Shown here: in pieces, positions 34,761 to 48,175 of the stretch
Layout of the letters: the number at the start of each line of letters is the position of its first letter
Numbering within the stretch: position 1 is the first letter of the stretch
Origin: Heterodontus francisci
Taxonomy: Eukaryota
Length of the DNA stretch: 64,000 nucleotides
Reading direction: 5' to 3'
Assembly: GCF_036365525.1 (NCBI RefSeq)
Contig: NC_090381.1
Span: forward strand, 88,591,257-88,655,256
Translations under genes and position numbers: made by a program
Notes under the pieces: generated by a model
Databases searched by the model: none
What the model saw: the letters and a program-made list of their open reading frames with translations, nothing else
What the model was told of the DNA's origin: nothing

Positions 34761-35030
34761 CGACTTATTAAACGTAACAGAATGTTTGGCAAGTTTATGC
34801 AATCTAGCCTCATAATCTATATTTTACTCTCTCCAAGCTCAATATATTCATCCTGAGGTGTGGTGACTTGTGCTTTCTGAATAAGGTTAAGCAGGTTGTA
34901 AACATTATTGATAAAATATCTGCTGCAGATGATGTATTGTGTGTTTAAGTGTTGATCTGTAGCTATAGTCCTGTATTACTGTTTGTCTCTTTTTGTACTA
35001 TACGTTTTTCACTGAAGATGAAGGCATTAC

Positions 35031-35117
35031 CTTTGTGCTGTAGATCTCACAGTCCACAACAACTGTCTCTTCACCAGAATTGCCAGGAGTGACAGAAGCT
35101 ACACAGAATGCAAGATC
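35031..35117 (-). CDS. AHSG: AHSG-like exon 6
   Basis: ctttttgtag|DLAFCVASVTPGNSGEETVVVDCEIYSTK|gtaatg; 87 nt. Confidence 0.92.
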
Positions 35118-35704
35118 CTACAAAAAGGTAAAAGACAGGAATAAATATAATGATCAAATGTCTAATGGTTTCACATTGCAAACCCCGTGCACACCTTCTT
35201 TAATCAAGGCTGAGCAGAGGGTTAATGCCGAAATCAGAGGGTTAATTCCATGCTCTATGCTGCCAGTGGGGAGCTATTTTTGCAGGTAGCATGGATTGGA
35301 CAATCCAGCTGACAATGTATTTGTCCTGTCTCTGACCCTCGCCCCCTATAAATACTCCCCATCGGAACCATGTGATCACAACATCACTGTGCTGATTCTA
35401 AATTACAATTTTTCCAGATTTCACACTCTAAACCTCTGTGAAGCAGTTACAATGTTTTCTGAAATACTTACAGAAAACCTGAAACTTTACCTCAATGGAT
35501 CATTGCATCATCCAAATCTGAACTAATCTTTATAAAGGAATTTTTAAGTAATTCATATTCTGGATCAACAAGATTTGGATCCATTCTGAGTTAGAAACTA
35601 CTTCAGGCCCAATCCCAATATTTGTAGCTGTTGCTGATCTATCCTATCATCTAATCAAGTGTAAGTTTCTGTTAAACTTAGAGTTCAATGTCTTTGGAAG
35701 ATAT

Positions 35705-35980
35705 AGGAACATGGAAACATAGGAACAGGACTAGGCCATTCAGCCCTTCAAGCCAGTTCCACCATTGAATTGTACCATGCCTTATCTATAACTCAATTCA
35801 ATTTTTTCACCAGTGTTCCATATCCCTTGATAACTTTACCTAATAAAAGTCTATCAATCTCAGTCTTAAAATGTTCAAATGACACAGCTACTAGAGTCTT
35901 TGGGAGTGCGGAGTTCCTACACTCTGTGTGAAAAGCTGCTTCTGATTTCACTTAAATGGCCTAGCTCTAATTTTAAGATT
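35705..35980 (-). mobile_element. Old CR1 3' remnant
   Basis: catggaaacataggaacaggactaggccattcagccc tail and ctctgtgtgaaaa..ggcctagctctaattttaag. Confidence 0.6.
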
Positions 35981-36933
35981 AATAACAGGATTTTCATATC
36001 AGATTTACACAACTGGTTACAAATGTGGTACAAAACTTAGAGATTATAGCTGCCAAATCAAAATCACCTCTAACTATGTCTCCTTCACTGAAACTTATCT
36101 AAGGCAGTGCAAAGATGTGTCCGCTCCACTGTCATGAAGATTCATCACAAAGCCCATGATGTAAATAAATGCTACTGTCTGTACCTACCTACCAGCATGG
36201 ATTCGATTCCTTAGTTTGACAGATGATTCATCAGTAGTACAAGATAACAGCCACATAATGTAAGGCATATGATGGTGAGCATGCATAATGTTGGTGCTCC
36301 AATGAATGAACTCAGAATATGCGGCCAGAATATCAACTACTATCAATCAGCTGTTAGCATTCACACCAGTAGATTAAGTGTAACAACATTTAACCCAACA
36401 ACATTGGTAGGAGCTTAGCCTGCTGGCAGTGATCAGCCCATGTGTGTAAATTAAAACATATCCTTCAAGGATCTGATAGACATTTAGCAACTATCATGAG
36501 ACTGAGGTGTGGTGACAAATACTGACACGAAACTTATTGGCAACTTCACAGTATGGTTCACAAAGCTTCAGCTATGCTTCAAACACACTTCCAAAGTCCC
36601 TTGCAAACATAAACACACATACAGTTAGTACCTGTAAATCAATCTTGGGACTCAATTATTCTTTAATTAAACCATTTCAAGCCCTTAATTGGGTTACACT
36701 CACTGCTAGATTTTCATTATGCTTTACCCAAACCATCTGAACTCCTTTCTTACATTAAAGTCTTTTATTCTTTCCCAAATTCCCATTATCCAAGAAATAA
36801 AGCATCAGAACCTCTCAATTATTGTAAAATCAACATCTATTATACTATTTCTAAACCACCTAAATGTTTTGATTTGATTATAATCTGTAACTCAGTCTGC
36901 ATTATTTATCTATTCTGACTACAATGTACTCAC

Positions 36934-37029
36934 AGGAGATAGAAGGGCAATCAGAGGACACACAAGGCTGCCTTTGACACATGGTGTCTCCCGGATGACG
37001 AATTCCACCAACACTGGAGTCCCAGGCCC
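36934..37029 (-). CDS. AHSG: AHSG-like exon 5
   Basis: tatgcttcag|GPGTPVLVEFVIRETPCVKGSLVCPLIALLSP|gtgagt; VEFxIxETxC motif; 96 nt. Confidence 0.9.
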
Positions 37030-37444
37030 CTGAAGCATAATCACAATAATGTTCATAGTAAGTAATTAAATGAGTCAATCATTGCTTTTATTAGGATTAC
37101 AAATCCAAACTTTGCAGCCATTGCAGCAAAAAATGTCCTCCTTTGCCAGGATTACCTGAAAGCAAAAGAGGATCTTGAAACACTTTTGTGCACCTACCTG
37201 CAAAGTAGCAGCATGATCGATTGGTGACATTGTGAAATTCATGCTGTATTGGTGAACTCCATAAGCTAGCAGCAGGGTGAATTAGTGAAGCTGTGAAAGT
37301 GTGTTAAACTATAGCAGTCATGTCAGAAAAGTACCACTGTGATATTTCCATCTCCCACATCAGAGATTTCTCTGAATGAGATTCCCAAATCATTGTCAAT
37401 TAATGCTGAATTAAGGAGGCAGGGAAGCTTTAAGCTGTGAACTC

Positions 37445-37880
37445 ACCATGATGTTGCCTGGGCTGGAGCATTTCAGCTATGAAGAGAGACTGAAAAGGTT
37501 AGGGTTGTTTTCCTTATAGCAGAGAAGGCTGAGGGGGGACCTGATTGAGGTATACAAAATTGTGAGGGGATAGATAGGACGAAACATTTTCCCTTAATGG
37601 AGGGGTCAATAACCAGGGGGCATAGATTTAAGATAAAGGGGCAGGAGGTTTAGAGGGGATTTGAGGAAAAGAAATTTCACCCAGAGGGTAGTTGGAATCT
37701 GGAACACACTGCCTGTAGGGGTGGTAGAGGCAGGAACCCTCGTAACATTTAAAATGTATTTAGATGAGCACTTGAAATGCCATAGCATTCAAGGCTATGG
37801 GCCAAGTGCTGTGCCTGATGGCTGGCACAGACATGATGGGCTGAAGGGCCTGTTTCTGTGTTGTATAACTCTATGACTCT
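37445..37880 (+). mobile_element. CR1 3' fragment
   Basis: PGLEHFSYEERL..RKRNFTQRVVGIWNTLP; ctctatgactct tail. Confidence 0.88.
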
Positions 37881-38058
37881 TTGACAACACGATCCACATA
37901 GGTATTTTTACTTGTTAATGGTACATAACACTTTACACAATTTTATACTCTGGTCTCAAATAGAACGAGTTGAGGCAGAAACCAGTCTAACTAGTCACAA
38001 CTGTAAGCAATATAATTTTCAACTGGAACCAGGTTCATCGGTCTCAACTGAAAACAAT

Positions 38059-38796
38059 CGCCGGAATTTTACATTGGGCGGCAGGTCCGCCCATCGGCCA
38101 AAAAGTCGGGGACGAGCCCGCCTCCATCAGGCCTCGGGAGTCATGTCGTGATTTTAGGCTCCCCAGGCCCTTAATTGTCCTTGGGCAGGACTTCTACCTC
38201 TCTGAGGCAGGAAATCCCGCCGAATGGAGCTGCCAGCCAATCAGCGGACTGGCAACCCTCAGTCCCAGCAGCGCCACCGGGAGCGGTGGGACTGTAACCC
38301 AGCCACAGCAGCAAGAGAGATGACGGCCCCGGAAGACAGGTAAGTTTTTGGGACCTCGTCGGGCACAATCGGCCAGGCCCCAGCGAGGCAAGGGAGGTTG
38401 GTTTGGGGGGGTAGCTTTCCTTCAGTGGGGGGGTGGGGCGATTGGGGTCAGGGGTGGCCCTCCATGGGGCACAGCATGCCCACCCCGACCCACAAGGAGG
38501 CCGCCAGGTTTTACCTGGCAGCGTTCTGGGGGCCTGAACGTCCCACCACTGGTAAAATACCTGCGGCGGTGGGAAGAGGTCCTTAAGTGGCAGTTAATTG
38601 ACCACTTCAGGGCCCTGATTGGCCTGGGCTGGACGGGCATTTCCTGCCGCTGCTGCTGCCACCCTTTGTAAAATTGCAGTAGGGGTGGGAAGGGTTGGGA
38701 TCGGCACTCCCTGCCTCCCACTCAATTATACAGCACCATCCCCCTCCCCCACCCCCGCCACCAGCCTGTTCCTGTGAAAGGCCGAAAATACCGGCC
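38059..38796. mobile_element. GC-rich MITE inside a ~47-bp tandem repeat (about 38005-38855)
   Basis: TIRs (c)GCCGGAATTTT..AAAATACCGGCC with AAT duplicated on both sides; flanking units caatataattttcaac..gaaccaggttca..ggtctcaactg. Confidence 0.78.
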
Positions 38797-39339
38797 AATA
38801 TAATTTTCAACCAGAACCAGGTTCACTGGTCTCAACTGGAGCCAATATAATTTTTAACTGTCACAAGTGCAAATGGCCAACTGGAACCAGTACAACTCGT
38901 CCAGGTGTCCAAATTTCCATGGTCAACTGGTTCCAGTGGATTTATGGGAGGTATGTAGTAAAAGGTCACTTGCCCACCTGCCCTCTCGTGAGGAATGCTG
39001 CATTAAGCAAGAGTACGTAACAGAGAAACTAAGAACATTGAAGCCGATTGCTTTGGTGTGTGATGGATACCGTCTCCATTCTATTTAATTTCTGATCTAA
39101 TCTGTGCCAAACCATCTTTATGTAGGTTTAGCGAAATTGGAATGAAGAGGATATTTCAGTGGCAGCAGGATCTCCTCTTGGCTGGGACATATCTGAGACA
39201 TTAGCATTTAGTCCAATAGTAGGCCTGGCACTTACCTTCTCTGCAGTAAAAGTGTGAGGACCAGGAAATCTGAAGATAAGAGATAAATTACAATGAAAAG
39301 TTGTAGAAAAAGTTTAAGAAGTAAACTTTTTTGACTAAC

Positions 39340-39506
39340 CTTTGTGGAACCTCGTGTTATTTCTTGAAGTGCAAAAGTAACTGTGTGGTTGCTGATTTGA
39401 TTGTATTTATTAAGTGCAGCATTTGCAGCATGTTGAGCTTCTGTACTATTTTTAGCTATCAGATGTGGACAGTCGGGACATTTTTCAGAAACATCTTCTG
39501 CTGAAT
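39340..39506 (-). CDS. AHSG: AHSG-like exon 4 (linker + start of cystatin domain 2)
   Basis: attttgcag|(D)SAEDVSEKCPDCPHLIAKNSTEAQHAANAALNKYNQISNHTVTFALQEITRGSTK|gttagt; 167 nt. Confidence 0.93.
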
Positions 39507-40659
39507 CTGCAAAATATTACAGGATACAGTCATTAAAAAAAATCTCCAATTTCTCTCTTGCTGCTGGAGACATTAACGAATGCAACGCTATGGTTGCATA
39601 TTGTGATCATTCATGACCTCTCCCAAAAGGTCATTCTTCACACTTAAAACCCTCACCCAGGCAAATTATTTGTGGGGCAAGCAATTTACTGTCATTTGCA
39701 TCTGCTCAGAACTGGCACTTTCACTGAGTTGATGCAAATTCCACCAGAATTCCAACAGAAACCCCACTGCACACAGAAGTGTGGAAATTTACAGTATTTG
39801 TTCTATGAGCCAAGTCATTTTCCGTAATCCTAAATAAGACCAATTAACCCCTTTTCTCAACCCAACTGAGATCAGCTAATTCAACCTATAGAAGCAATTG
39901 ATCTTGGTACCCTCCTGGTCCGTGTGGCTCAGTTTCACACTGGACAGCACAATTACCTATTGAAGTATCTTGTTATAAAGCAGTATTTTCTCATGTTTCA
40001 GTAACTTAACCCTACTATTTCCCCAGTATTCTCATCAGCAATTACTGTTTAATATTCATTTTAGATTCATTCATCAACATTTTATCAAATGCCAACTTTT
40101 CTGAGCTGTTGCTTCATGACTAGCTACCTGTAAATATGTCATAAAGATATATATGCTTAGTTATTTTATTTGAACAATTTCAGATCCATCCATTCACCTT
40201 CAGAAACTAATTTTTCCCTTAACAATTTCAAAAGCAGATTGTAATTTGTTGCACTCATTGACAATTAGCAAAGCTTTACGTGCAATGTGGGCTAACTATC
40301 GGCTCTTTAAAGAAACCCTCCTGGGATGGGAGATCAGAGTTATGAATGACCTCCATGTGTGAGTCCGGATAGTGAATATGGGCCGTTCATTTGTACATGG
40401 GAGGCAGAACAGTGAAACCCCATCCTGTTCAAACAGGTGCACTTTCCAACAGAGTCTTGGGATAATAATTAAGACTTGTAACCCTGACCAGTGCAAATAG
40501 TTGTTTCTTGGGAAATGGGTATTGTTAGCAAGGCCAACATTTATTGCCAATTCTATTTGCCCTTGAGAAGGTGAGATGTCTTCTTGAACTGCTTCTGTGG
40601 TAAAGATGCTTCAACAGTGCTGTTAATATAGGAAGTTCCCATTTCTCATTTTAAGGCTC

Positions 40660-43600
40660 TATCTCTATTCTACTAGGACTGCAATTGGAAGTGGAGGACC
40701 AGCAAAAGGCACAAAAGGACTGCCTATCAGGCCAGGTAGCACACTAGGCATGCTGCCAGGTCCTCCCAGTTTGTAACCAATTGGGTCTACCGTCGCAGGC
40801 ACAATTAGTTGGGAATGACAGAAGATAAATACATAAGGTGGCTGAGGTTCAGCAAGGAGACCGTGATAGATCTTCGCCATTTCTTTCAGGAAGAGAAACA
40901 TCCATACATTCATGTGGCACTCCTAAATGCCATCAAAATCATCTTGACTCTCAATTTGTATGTATCTGACTCCTATCTGACTATGGATGGGGTTATTTGA
41001 AGTGCTAGCTAGTCTATTGTTAAGAGATATCCAGTAAATCACAAATGCATCATTCAGCATGGCCGACAATTTCATTATTTCCACCACTGATCGACAGCAA
41101 CAACATGAGAAAGTAACCCGATTGTACAGATCAGCCAGTTTTCCCAATGTTCAAGGAGTCATTGATTGAACCTATGCTGCCATTTGGCTCCCTGTGTATA
41201 ATGCTGTGTCATTTATGAACTGAAAAGAATTTGATTCTTTCAATCACCAGCCAATATGTGATCACATGCACAGAAACATGTATGTTTAATGAAAACAAAA
41301 ATGCTAGAAATACACAGCAGGTCTGGCAGCATCACTCGCCACAGATGCTGCCAGACATTAGAATTAGAATTAGAATTAGAACATTACAGCGCAGTACAGG
41401 CCCTTCGGCCCTCGATGTTGCGCCGACCATCTGACCTACACTGGCTGAGTAATTCCAGCAGTTTCTGGTTTTTTATATATTTCAGATTTTCAGTGTCCAC
41501 AGTATTTTGCATTTGAATCATCTTGTTGATACCTGTTTCCCCAATAGCTCCTATAATGTCTTCATTTTATGGAATCATCCATGACAACATTATTTGAAGG
41601 GAAAAAAGAATGGAAGCATTGTTCCACTGCAGTTATGGCCTGTGGGAGAAGCAGAGTGCAGGTACAACAAACTTCATGTTACAACCAAAATGATTATTAA
41701 ATGTACGATTGAGATGTTAAAGCAGATCTTCAGAAACTCAATTGATCAGTCAGTATCTTACATGATAACCTGCCAGAGTTTTATGAATAATTTTCCCTGA
41801 TATGTAAATACAAAAAGTGGATGACAAACCATTGTAGAGTAAAAGGATAAAATATGGCAATGTGCTGCTGAACTAACAATGCAGTGAGAAAGATTAGTGC
41901 TCCAAGCACTGATAAAGGAAAACTTCCAATGAATGCCACAGCTACACCAAAGTAACTGGACCCAATTACCTTCCCCTACATTTTCCTGTGCAGCTTCCCA
42001 AATACCATCTCTTATCATCTTTTGCTGAGCTCATGTGTTATTACAAATAAGTACATAACATAATGTTCAAACAGTATACCTGTTCAATCCACTGTGTGGT
42101 GCAGTGAATGTTGTTGGCATGATTTCCCACAGTGCTTCTCAGTGCTTGTAGTTTGTGCTTGGTGTGTAACACCTAACTTACTACTCTCCACTGTGGGAAG
42201 GAGGAATTGTACAGGTAAGCTGCAGGGTGAGATTCTGATGGCCTTATACCTCCTTGCGGTTTGCATTGTGATGATTCTGCATCTGAATCAGCTATGTTCA
42301 ATGTTGTTGCGGGTAACTGGATTGCTCACTTTCTGTCATATCCACTATCACTTGTGCATTGATGTTTGATAGACTGGATGTGATGTTGCCTGGTCCACTC
42401 ATACTCCAGGCATGTCCCTGCTGGACACTCCTTCAGCTTGTCCACTGATCTGTCTGAGAACAGAACTTTGGGCCACTGTGAGATTTGTGAATCTCTGCCT
42501 CAAGTTGCTTCTGTGCAATCTCTGAACATATTGAAGCTGGTCAAGTCATGACCCTGAAAGATTGAAGCCCAAAGCTTCTAAAGCAACTTCGAGAGATTGT
42601 GCAGCTACTGTGCCTATGGCATGAGCAACTAAGGGTTCTGCTGCATCTGCTCGCTGATAAGTTACAGTGCAGACAACTGTGCAAATCTATGCAGTAAACT
42701 CTTCCATTCTCCACCCAATTTTCATAGTGTGTTTTGCATCAACATAAATGACTTAGATTGATCCAGCTCAAATCTCTTTTATAAATAGGTTCGATGAAGT
42801 CTGAAATCCCTAGGCGCTGAAACAGGGGCAGAACTATGCTAGATCTCTGTCCAGCAGAAGCTTAGCCTTCAGCGGCTTACACCACTTGCTCCTCCTCACC
42901 AGCACTGTGACTCAACTGCATTTCCTCTCAGTCTCACTATTTAGCTGAGCTGGTGATTAGCAGAGATGGTAATGGCTCAGAGATACTGGCAGTGGCAGCA
43001 ATTTGATATTCCATCCTAAGAAAGAAGAAAACAAAATGTCAAAATGTTGTTTTAAACAACCATCTTTAAGCACTACTTTCAAATGTAATGTTCCTCCAAT
43101 TGAATCAATCTGTGATGATAAGCAGTCAGCAAAATAACATGGCATGACATAAACTTTATAATGCAAGACCTGAAATCAAGGGAAGCCTCTAGTTACATTG
43201 TCTCCCACTCCCTCAGTGCAGTCTCAGGCAATGATTTCAAGGGTGGAATCAACGGCTTAAATTCCTTGATTACTTTTTGTTCATGCCTTTTGTTGCCAAT
43301 TAAAATAGTAGTACAGAGATATTGAAAGTAGAGAGAGCAAATTGCAATGTTGTATGGCTGCACAGATTTAAGGGTATACTATATACTATAAATTGAGGAT
43401 ACATAGTCTTGTTTGAAGTCCTTTAAGAATTATTGCTATACACACGTGTTGCCATATGCACTTCCTAATTGTAATTACAACATGTGCCCGAACAAATTCA
43501 AACACAGCATTCCTTGGCTTCCCTGACTCTATGATGGCAGGAATACTTAACATCTTCAAACATTAATGGGTCAAATAGTTAACAGAGATGACTTCCTTGC

Positions 43601-43950
43601 ACATGTATTTGGGGCAGTTTTTGACATGTAGGACAGTATTGTTGCCTTACCTGATCAGATTTCTTAAGGTCAGACCCATTTTCCTGACGTCTTTCCAGGT
43701 CTTGCAGATCCTGGACACTGCACTCATTGATTGTAACACAGCTGCCCAATTCTGCTGCATCAGGTGTGTCTGAGGGAGTGCAGTGGCCATTAATCTCATA
43801 CAGAATGTTCCTCCTCTCCCTGACTGCTTCCAGAATGGCATCCAGCTCCTGGTCAGTAAACCTGGTTTTCCTCACTCTGCTGTACTCCACTCCTTAGTAA
43901 TATTGTTCAGTTATCAGATGTCCTGGCCTTGCCTACACTATTTCAGATTT
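40660..43950. mobile_element. Old PIF/Harbinger transposon in AHSG-like intron 3: transposase remnant (+, about 40700-41900), Myb/SANT gene remnant (-, from 43890)
   Basis: GMTEDKYIRWLRFSKETVIDL, FPNVQGVID; RKTRFTDQELDAILEAVRERRNILY (43579..43890) is a Myb/SANT-like DNA-binding N-terminus. Confidence 0.72.
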
Positions 43951-44285
43951 TAACTGGCTCTTAATTCCAGTTCACAGCTGATTATCAGGACTTTTTCTTC
44001 TTTCATATCATTAGAAAACTCATCCCATGGGAATAAAAGCGTGCATTTTAACGCACAGACTAAAATCAGTAAAATCACGCATTAAGCAGTTTTCTTTGTA
44101 ACCATCAAAAAACCCCAAAAAAGATTCAGTTAACAGAAGCAACAACAATTTGTAGCCTATGGCATTACAAGTGCAACTGTAACTTTTCACTGATACAACA
44201 AACTTATACTTAGCAAACAGCGACACCTCTGCTATTGCTATAGAGCTCTGAATTGTATAATAATGTCAATTCAACAAAAAAATAC

Positions 44286-44373
44286 CTGAGGATATTTCAC
44301 ACTTGTAGTCTTTCACATGACCAGGAGCTCCAGATTTGGTCTCTATGATTACCTTACAATCTCCTTCTACTTT
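44286..44373 (-). CDS. AHSG: AHSG-like exon 3
   Basis: gtcattttag|KVEGDCKVIIETKSGAPGHVKDYKCEISS+G|gtattt; 88 nt, ends in phase 1. Confidence 0.92.
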
Positions 44374-46169
44374 CTAAAATGACAATGAGACAAAAATAGT
44401 TTTAGTTACTTTAAACATGTTTAGAATACATTGTATAAGTCACTTGGTGATTTGCACTAGGATGTCCAATGTTATTGGTTATCTGTGTGATAATGGACTG
44501 CCTCATGGTGATGGGCATGTAAATCATACAGGGAACACGAAGAATAGAAATTACAATTTGAGATCTTCGCATATGATTACTTAACATGTTCATATGGCAT
44601 TTCTACATCTGGTATGTTAATGAAGGTGTTAACAGTGGGCAAAGGAATTTAATATTAGCATGTAGAATGTTTCTTTTGCAAACGTTTTGGACTACAGAAA
44701 ATTTCTGGCTGGATTTTCAGTGACCTATTTTATTGCTCAGTTTTTCAATGTTCCTGTCTGACAACGAATAGGGAAGACCATTTTGTCACTGCCGCTACAT
44801 TAGTAATAATAGATTATTGATTCTTGTGGATGACAGAGGCAACTGAGAATTGGTCAACAAAATGATTACAATGTCTTTTCCACCAACATATATTTTACTG
44901 CACAGCCAAACACTCAACCATATTCTCCATAAGTGTTCTTTACTTTGATCTTTAAAATGTCATATCAAAACTTGTTTGTTTAAAGAGCTGAGCAACAGGG
45001 AGTCCCATTCACTTGTCCACAAGGTGCAGGCCCTAGCCCAAGTTCCAGGGACAATAGTTTTGTAACTTTGGGGTCAGACCACTGGTACCTGTAAGGATGC
45101 TTCAAAAAAATTTTTGAAATCAGCTTGAGCTCCTAAAGGAGCAATATCTTGGAAGACCAAAGGTAATTAATCCCCTGTTTGCCTATTAGAGTTTTGGGTC
45201 CTTTGTTGGTCTTTAGCAGAATTCACATCAGCTCTCAGTTGGCAAGAATTCTGCTGTGACCTTGTAACAACATACAGAGTTGAAATCCTGGGGTACCAGG
45301 GAATACCTGAGACACTCCTGCTTAATCTGTGAGGAAGGCAGCAGGGAGAGGAATTACCCTCTCCTCATCCTACTGGAAAATAGGAATCAGAAATGGAGTA
45401 GAATCCCATTGGAACCAGGTTCTAGCTTCTGGTGAGTGATTTATCTGCTTTCCATTTTTCCCCAGATTGGAAGTTCAGGCCCAAACATTTACCTCTGAAG
45501 TTAAGCCATGCCAATTGCCCACCAGCAAAGTACCACTTGATTTTTTCCCGTCCCCATTTTGTAATTTATTTTTCTCCTGTTTTTACATTCTCATAGCTTG
45601 CAAGTATTGGCACCCAGTTAGATTCTGATCAGGCTGTTCAGAAAGGTCCACAATGTAAGCTAAAATGATGGAGTCATTAGTTTTTAAGGTTGTTAAGGTT
45701 TTCAATCAAATTTTGTCATCAAGAAAATGAGAACTAAATCCAACTTCATTTCCCACACTGCCTTTATTTTTTTCCCATTCCTATGTCTTTTTTTCACACT
45801 TTTGTTGCTTTCGCAATCTTGTACTGGACGTTATAAACTAGATTTTTTCAACATTTCTTTAGCCCCAGCACTATACGATTTATTTTGAATCAGATAACAC
45901 ACCAATCAGGAAACGTAGGCTGAGGTATATGAAAGAGATATGAGTCAATGCATTCCCTGAATTTTTTTTCTCCACTTTAACACAGATTTTCCCAATAGGA
46001 GTTTCCCAAGTTCAGGTCACAGTGAAATGACATACAAGTATCAGACCACATTCCCCACCATGCTTGCAACCCTATAACCAGCTCCCCACAGAATGTAACA
46101 GTCATATAGTTATCAAATTTTAAGTAAGACTGCAATACATTTATAGAAGTTTAAGGGAAGAATACTCAC

Positions 46170-46280
46170 AGTTTCCTTGAATGATCGGATTTCACAGTCA
46201 TTCAATGGTTTACGGCTCAGAACATGGCATTTCGTCTCTCGAACCTCAATGTCCAAATAATGGACATCAGTCCCACTTGC
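46170..46280 (-). CDS. AHSG: AHSG-like exon 2
   Basis: tttcctttgcag|ASGTDVHYLDIEVRETKCHVLSRKPLNDCEIRSFKET|gtgagt; ETxCHVL fetuin motif; 111 nt. Confidence 0.93.
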
Positions 46281-46698
46281 CTGCAAAGGAAATAGTTGTA
46301 AAGAACTCAATGTGGAATAAGAATATTAACATTTTCTCAAACTGCATTGCCACTTTCGTAGAATTGCTTTGCTCTGTGCAAGCATGGGTACTCAGCTGCA
46401 TGATAACAGTTTTTAAGTAGTTCAATAACATTGATAATATTATAGTCAGGTATCCATTTGACATCACATTATTTTATGAGTGGCTCACCCACTTCCCCGC
46501 ATTGTTGCAGTTTTGATTTAGCTTCTAACTTGGGTGCCACCCACCTTGACTTGTGTTATGGCATGGGACAAGCTCACGATATAAGCTCCGTGTGCTGTGA
46601 GTCTAAGAGATAGGTGAGAACCTGTCTGCCAGCTGAATCTTCAGAGGATTGCCAAAGAAACAGGTAGGAAACAGTAGCAGCTAGCCAGTGCAGACACT

Positions 46699-47170
46699 GG
46701 GCTGAATTTTGCTTGCCTTGTAGGGACACACTGAGAAGTGGAGGAGGGCCATAAAATGATAAAATGGCAATGGGAGGTGGGGAGCGGAGTGCCTGTTGCC
46801 TTTCCGACAGCAAGGAATTTTGTCAGTGGTGATGGAGGTGGAGAATAGCCTTCCAACTCAGAGGCCAATGGAGTCCCTCATGTGGCAAATTAAGGTTCAC
46901 TTAAGTGCCTCTTCTCGCCGCCCCTAGCATTTTACCAACGCCTGCTACATGGGGAGACTGCCCAGTAAAACCTGGCAGTGTCCATGTGAGCTAGGTGGGG
47001 GTAGCTCCTGATCAGGCACTCTATGGGCCATAGAGGGGACCCTCCCCAGTGGCAAGGACCAACCCCGTGGAAAAGAAAACACCCCCACCACCCACTACCC
47101 CTCCCCCCCCCCCCACCACCTACCGATTGGCCAGCAACTCTTGGAGGTGGGCTCTCATCTTGTAAAGGGA
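46699..47170. mobile_element. GC-rich MITE family copy
   Basis: Starts gggctgaattttgc; shares gaggccaat..cacttaag..ttttacc core with 38059 and 60285 copies. Confidence 0.55.
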
Positions 47171-48175
47171 CAGGACCTCTGGCACCAGGCAGTTATTTGA
47201 AAAATGTAGCCGAGGGGTCTCCCAAATGGCTGAGGTGCCCTGGCTTTCCGGCCCAGCATCAGGAACCCTGCCATAGTGACAAACTTCAACCCACAGAGTT
47301 GCTTACTGTAGAGGCAAGACCAGTTCACACTCCAGCAGAAACAAAGCATTCATCACAGGTGAGTCACAAGGTCTCCATTAAGCAGCAGCAGTGTGCCACC
47401 ACATTTGCTTCTCCAAGTGAGGTAGGAGTTTGAAGAAGCAAGAAATTAGAAAGTAGAATACACAACCTGTCACAATCACCAAGGGCAACCACAGTGGAAG
47501 CAAAAATTGATGCAGGGACAAAGCGTGAAGTAGGCAGATGAACCGAATGAACATTCTGCAAAATGTTTCATCATGATGCTTTTTGCACAGAAGACATATG
47601 AATCTTGGTATTCAGGCTCATATATAGGAACAGCAATGAAAGCGTGGTGATTCAGGTCATTATTTTAGTATATGGCGAGAGTGCAATATAGTACTCTTCA
47701 TGGAAGGAATCAATAACTGCCTTTAACATCCTGCTAATCATACCTTAATGCACTAGTAAGTTTGGTTGTGCACCAGTCAATTGTCTTTCCTCCTCTTCCT
47801 TTCTGCTTCAATACCATTGGTAGCATTTGAAAATTCATTCAACTGTCCATACACTGCTAGCTACTTTGAAAACCTGATAGTCTTACAGTGAAATTTTAAA
47901 TTCAGTTAAATCTTAACGCTTTCAACTTAGCATGCACAGCTGTGGATATGAAATTGGGCTTGTTGCCAATGTACCCTCTTTTATTGTGCGTGGCAGATCC
48001 ATTTAAGTGCGCAGGCCTTTTAAATGTTTCTGCATGGTTGCGTGCGCACGCACCCTAAATTAAAGGGGTTGACTCGCACAAGGCCTGCACAGGAATGTTC
48101 AGGTTATGGTCACACAGCTTAGAGGGAACATTGCTTGTTACTGCCTTTTGTTTGGCTGCCACAAGTGCCCTAAGA

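Noticed and set aside
38005-38855. CRISPR-like repeat-spacer pattern
   Set aside because: Eukaryotic context; it is a degenerate ~47-bp tandem repeat interrupted by a MITE, with no cas genes.
39465-39485. CPDCP taken as proof that the upstream gene is FETUB
   Set aside because: CPDCP also occurs in fetuin-A proteins; the QWVxG hairpin is absent while VEGDC and DSAEDV are fetuin-A-like.
41358-41382. Telomere-like (TTAGAA)n repeat
   Set aside because: It is the microsatellite tail of a CR1 3' tip, not TTAGGG.
43579-43890. Domesticated Myb/SANT (NAIF1/MSANTD-like) or HARBI1 host gene
   Set aside because: Frameshifts and stops in both the Myb-like and transposase remnants; several decayed copies in the window indicate transposon relics.
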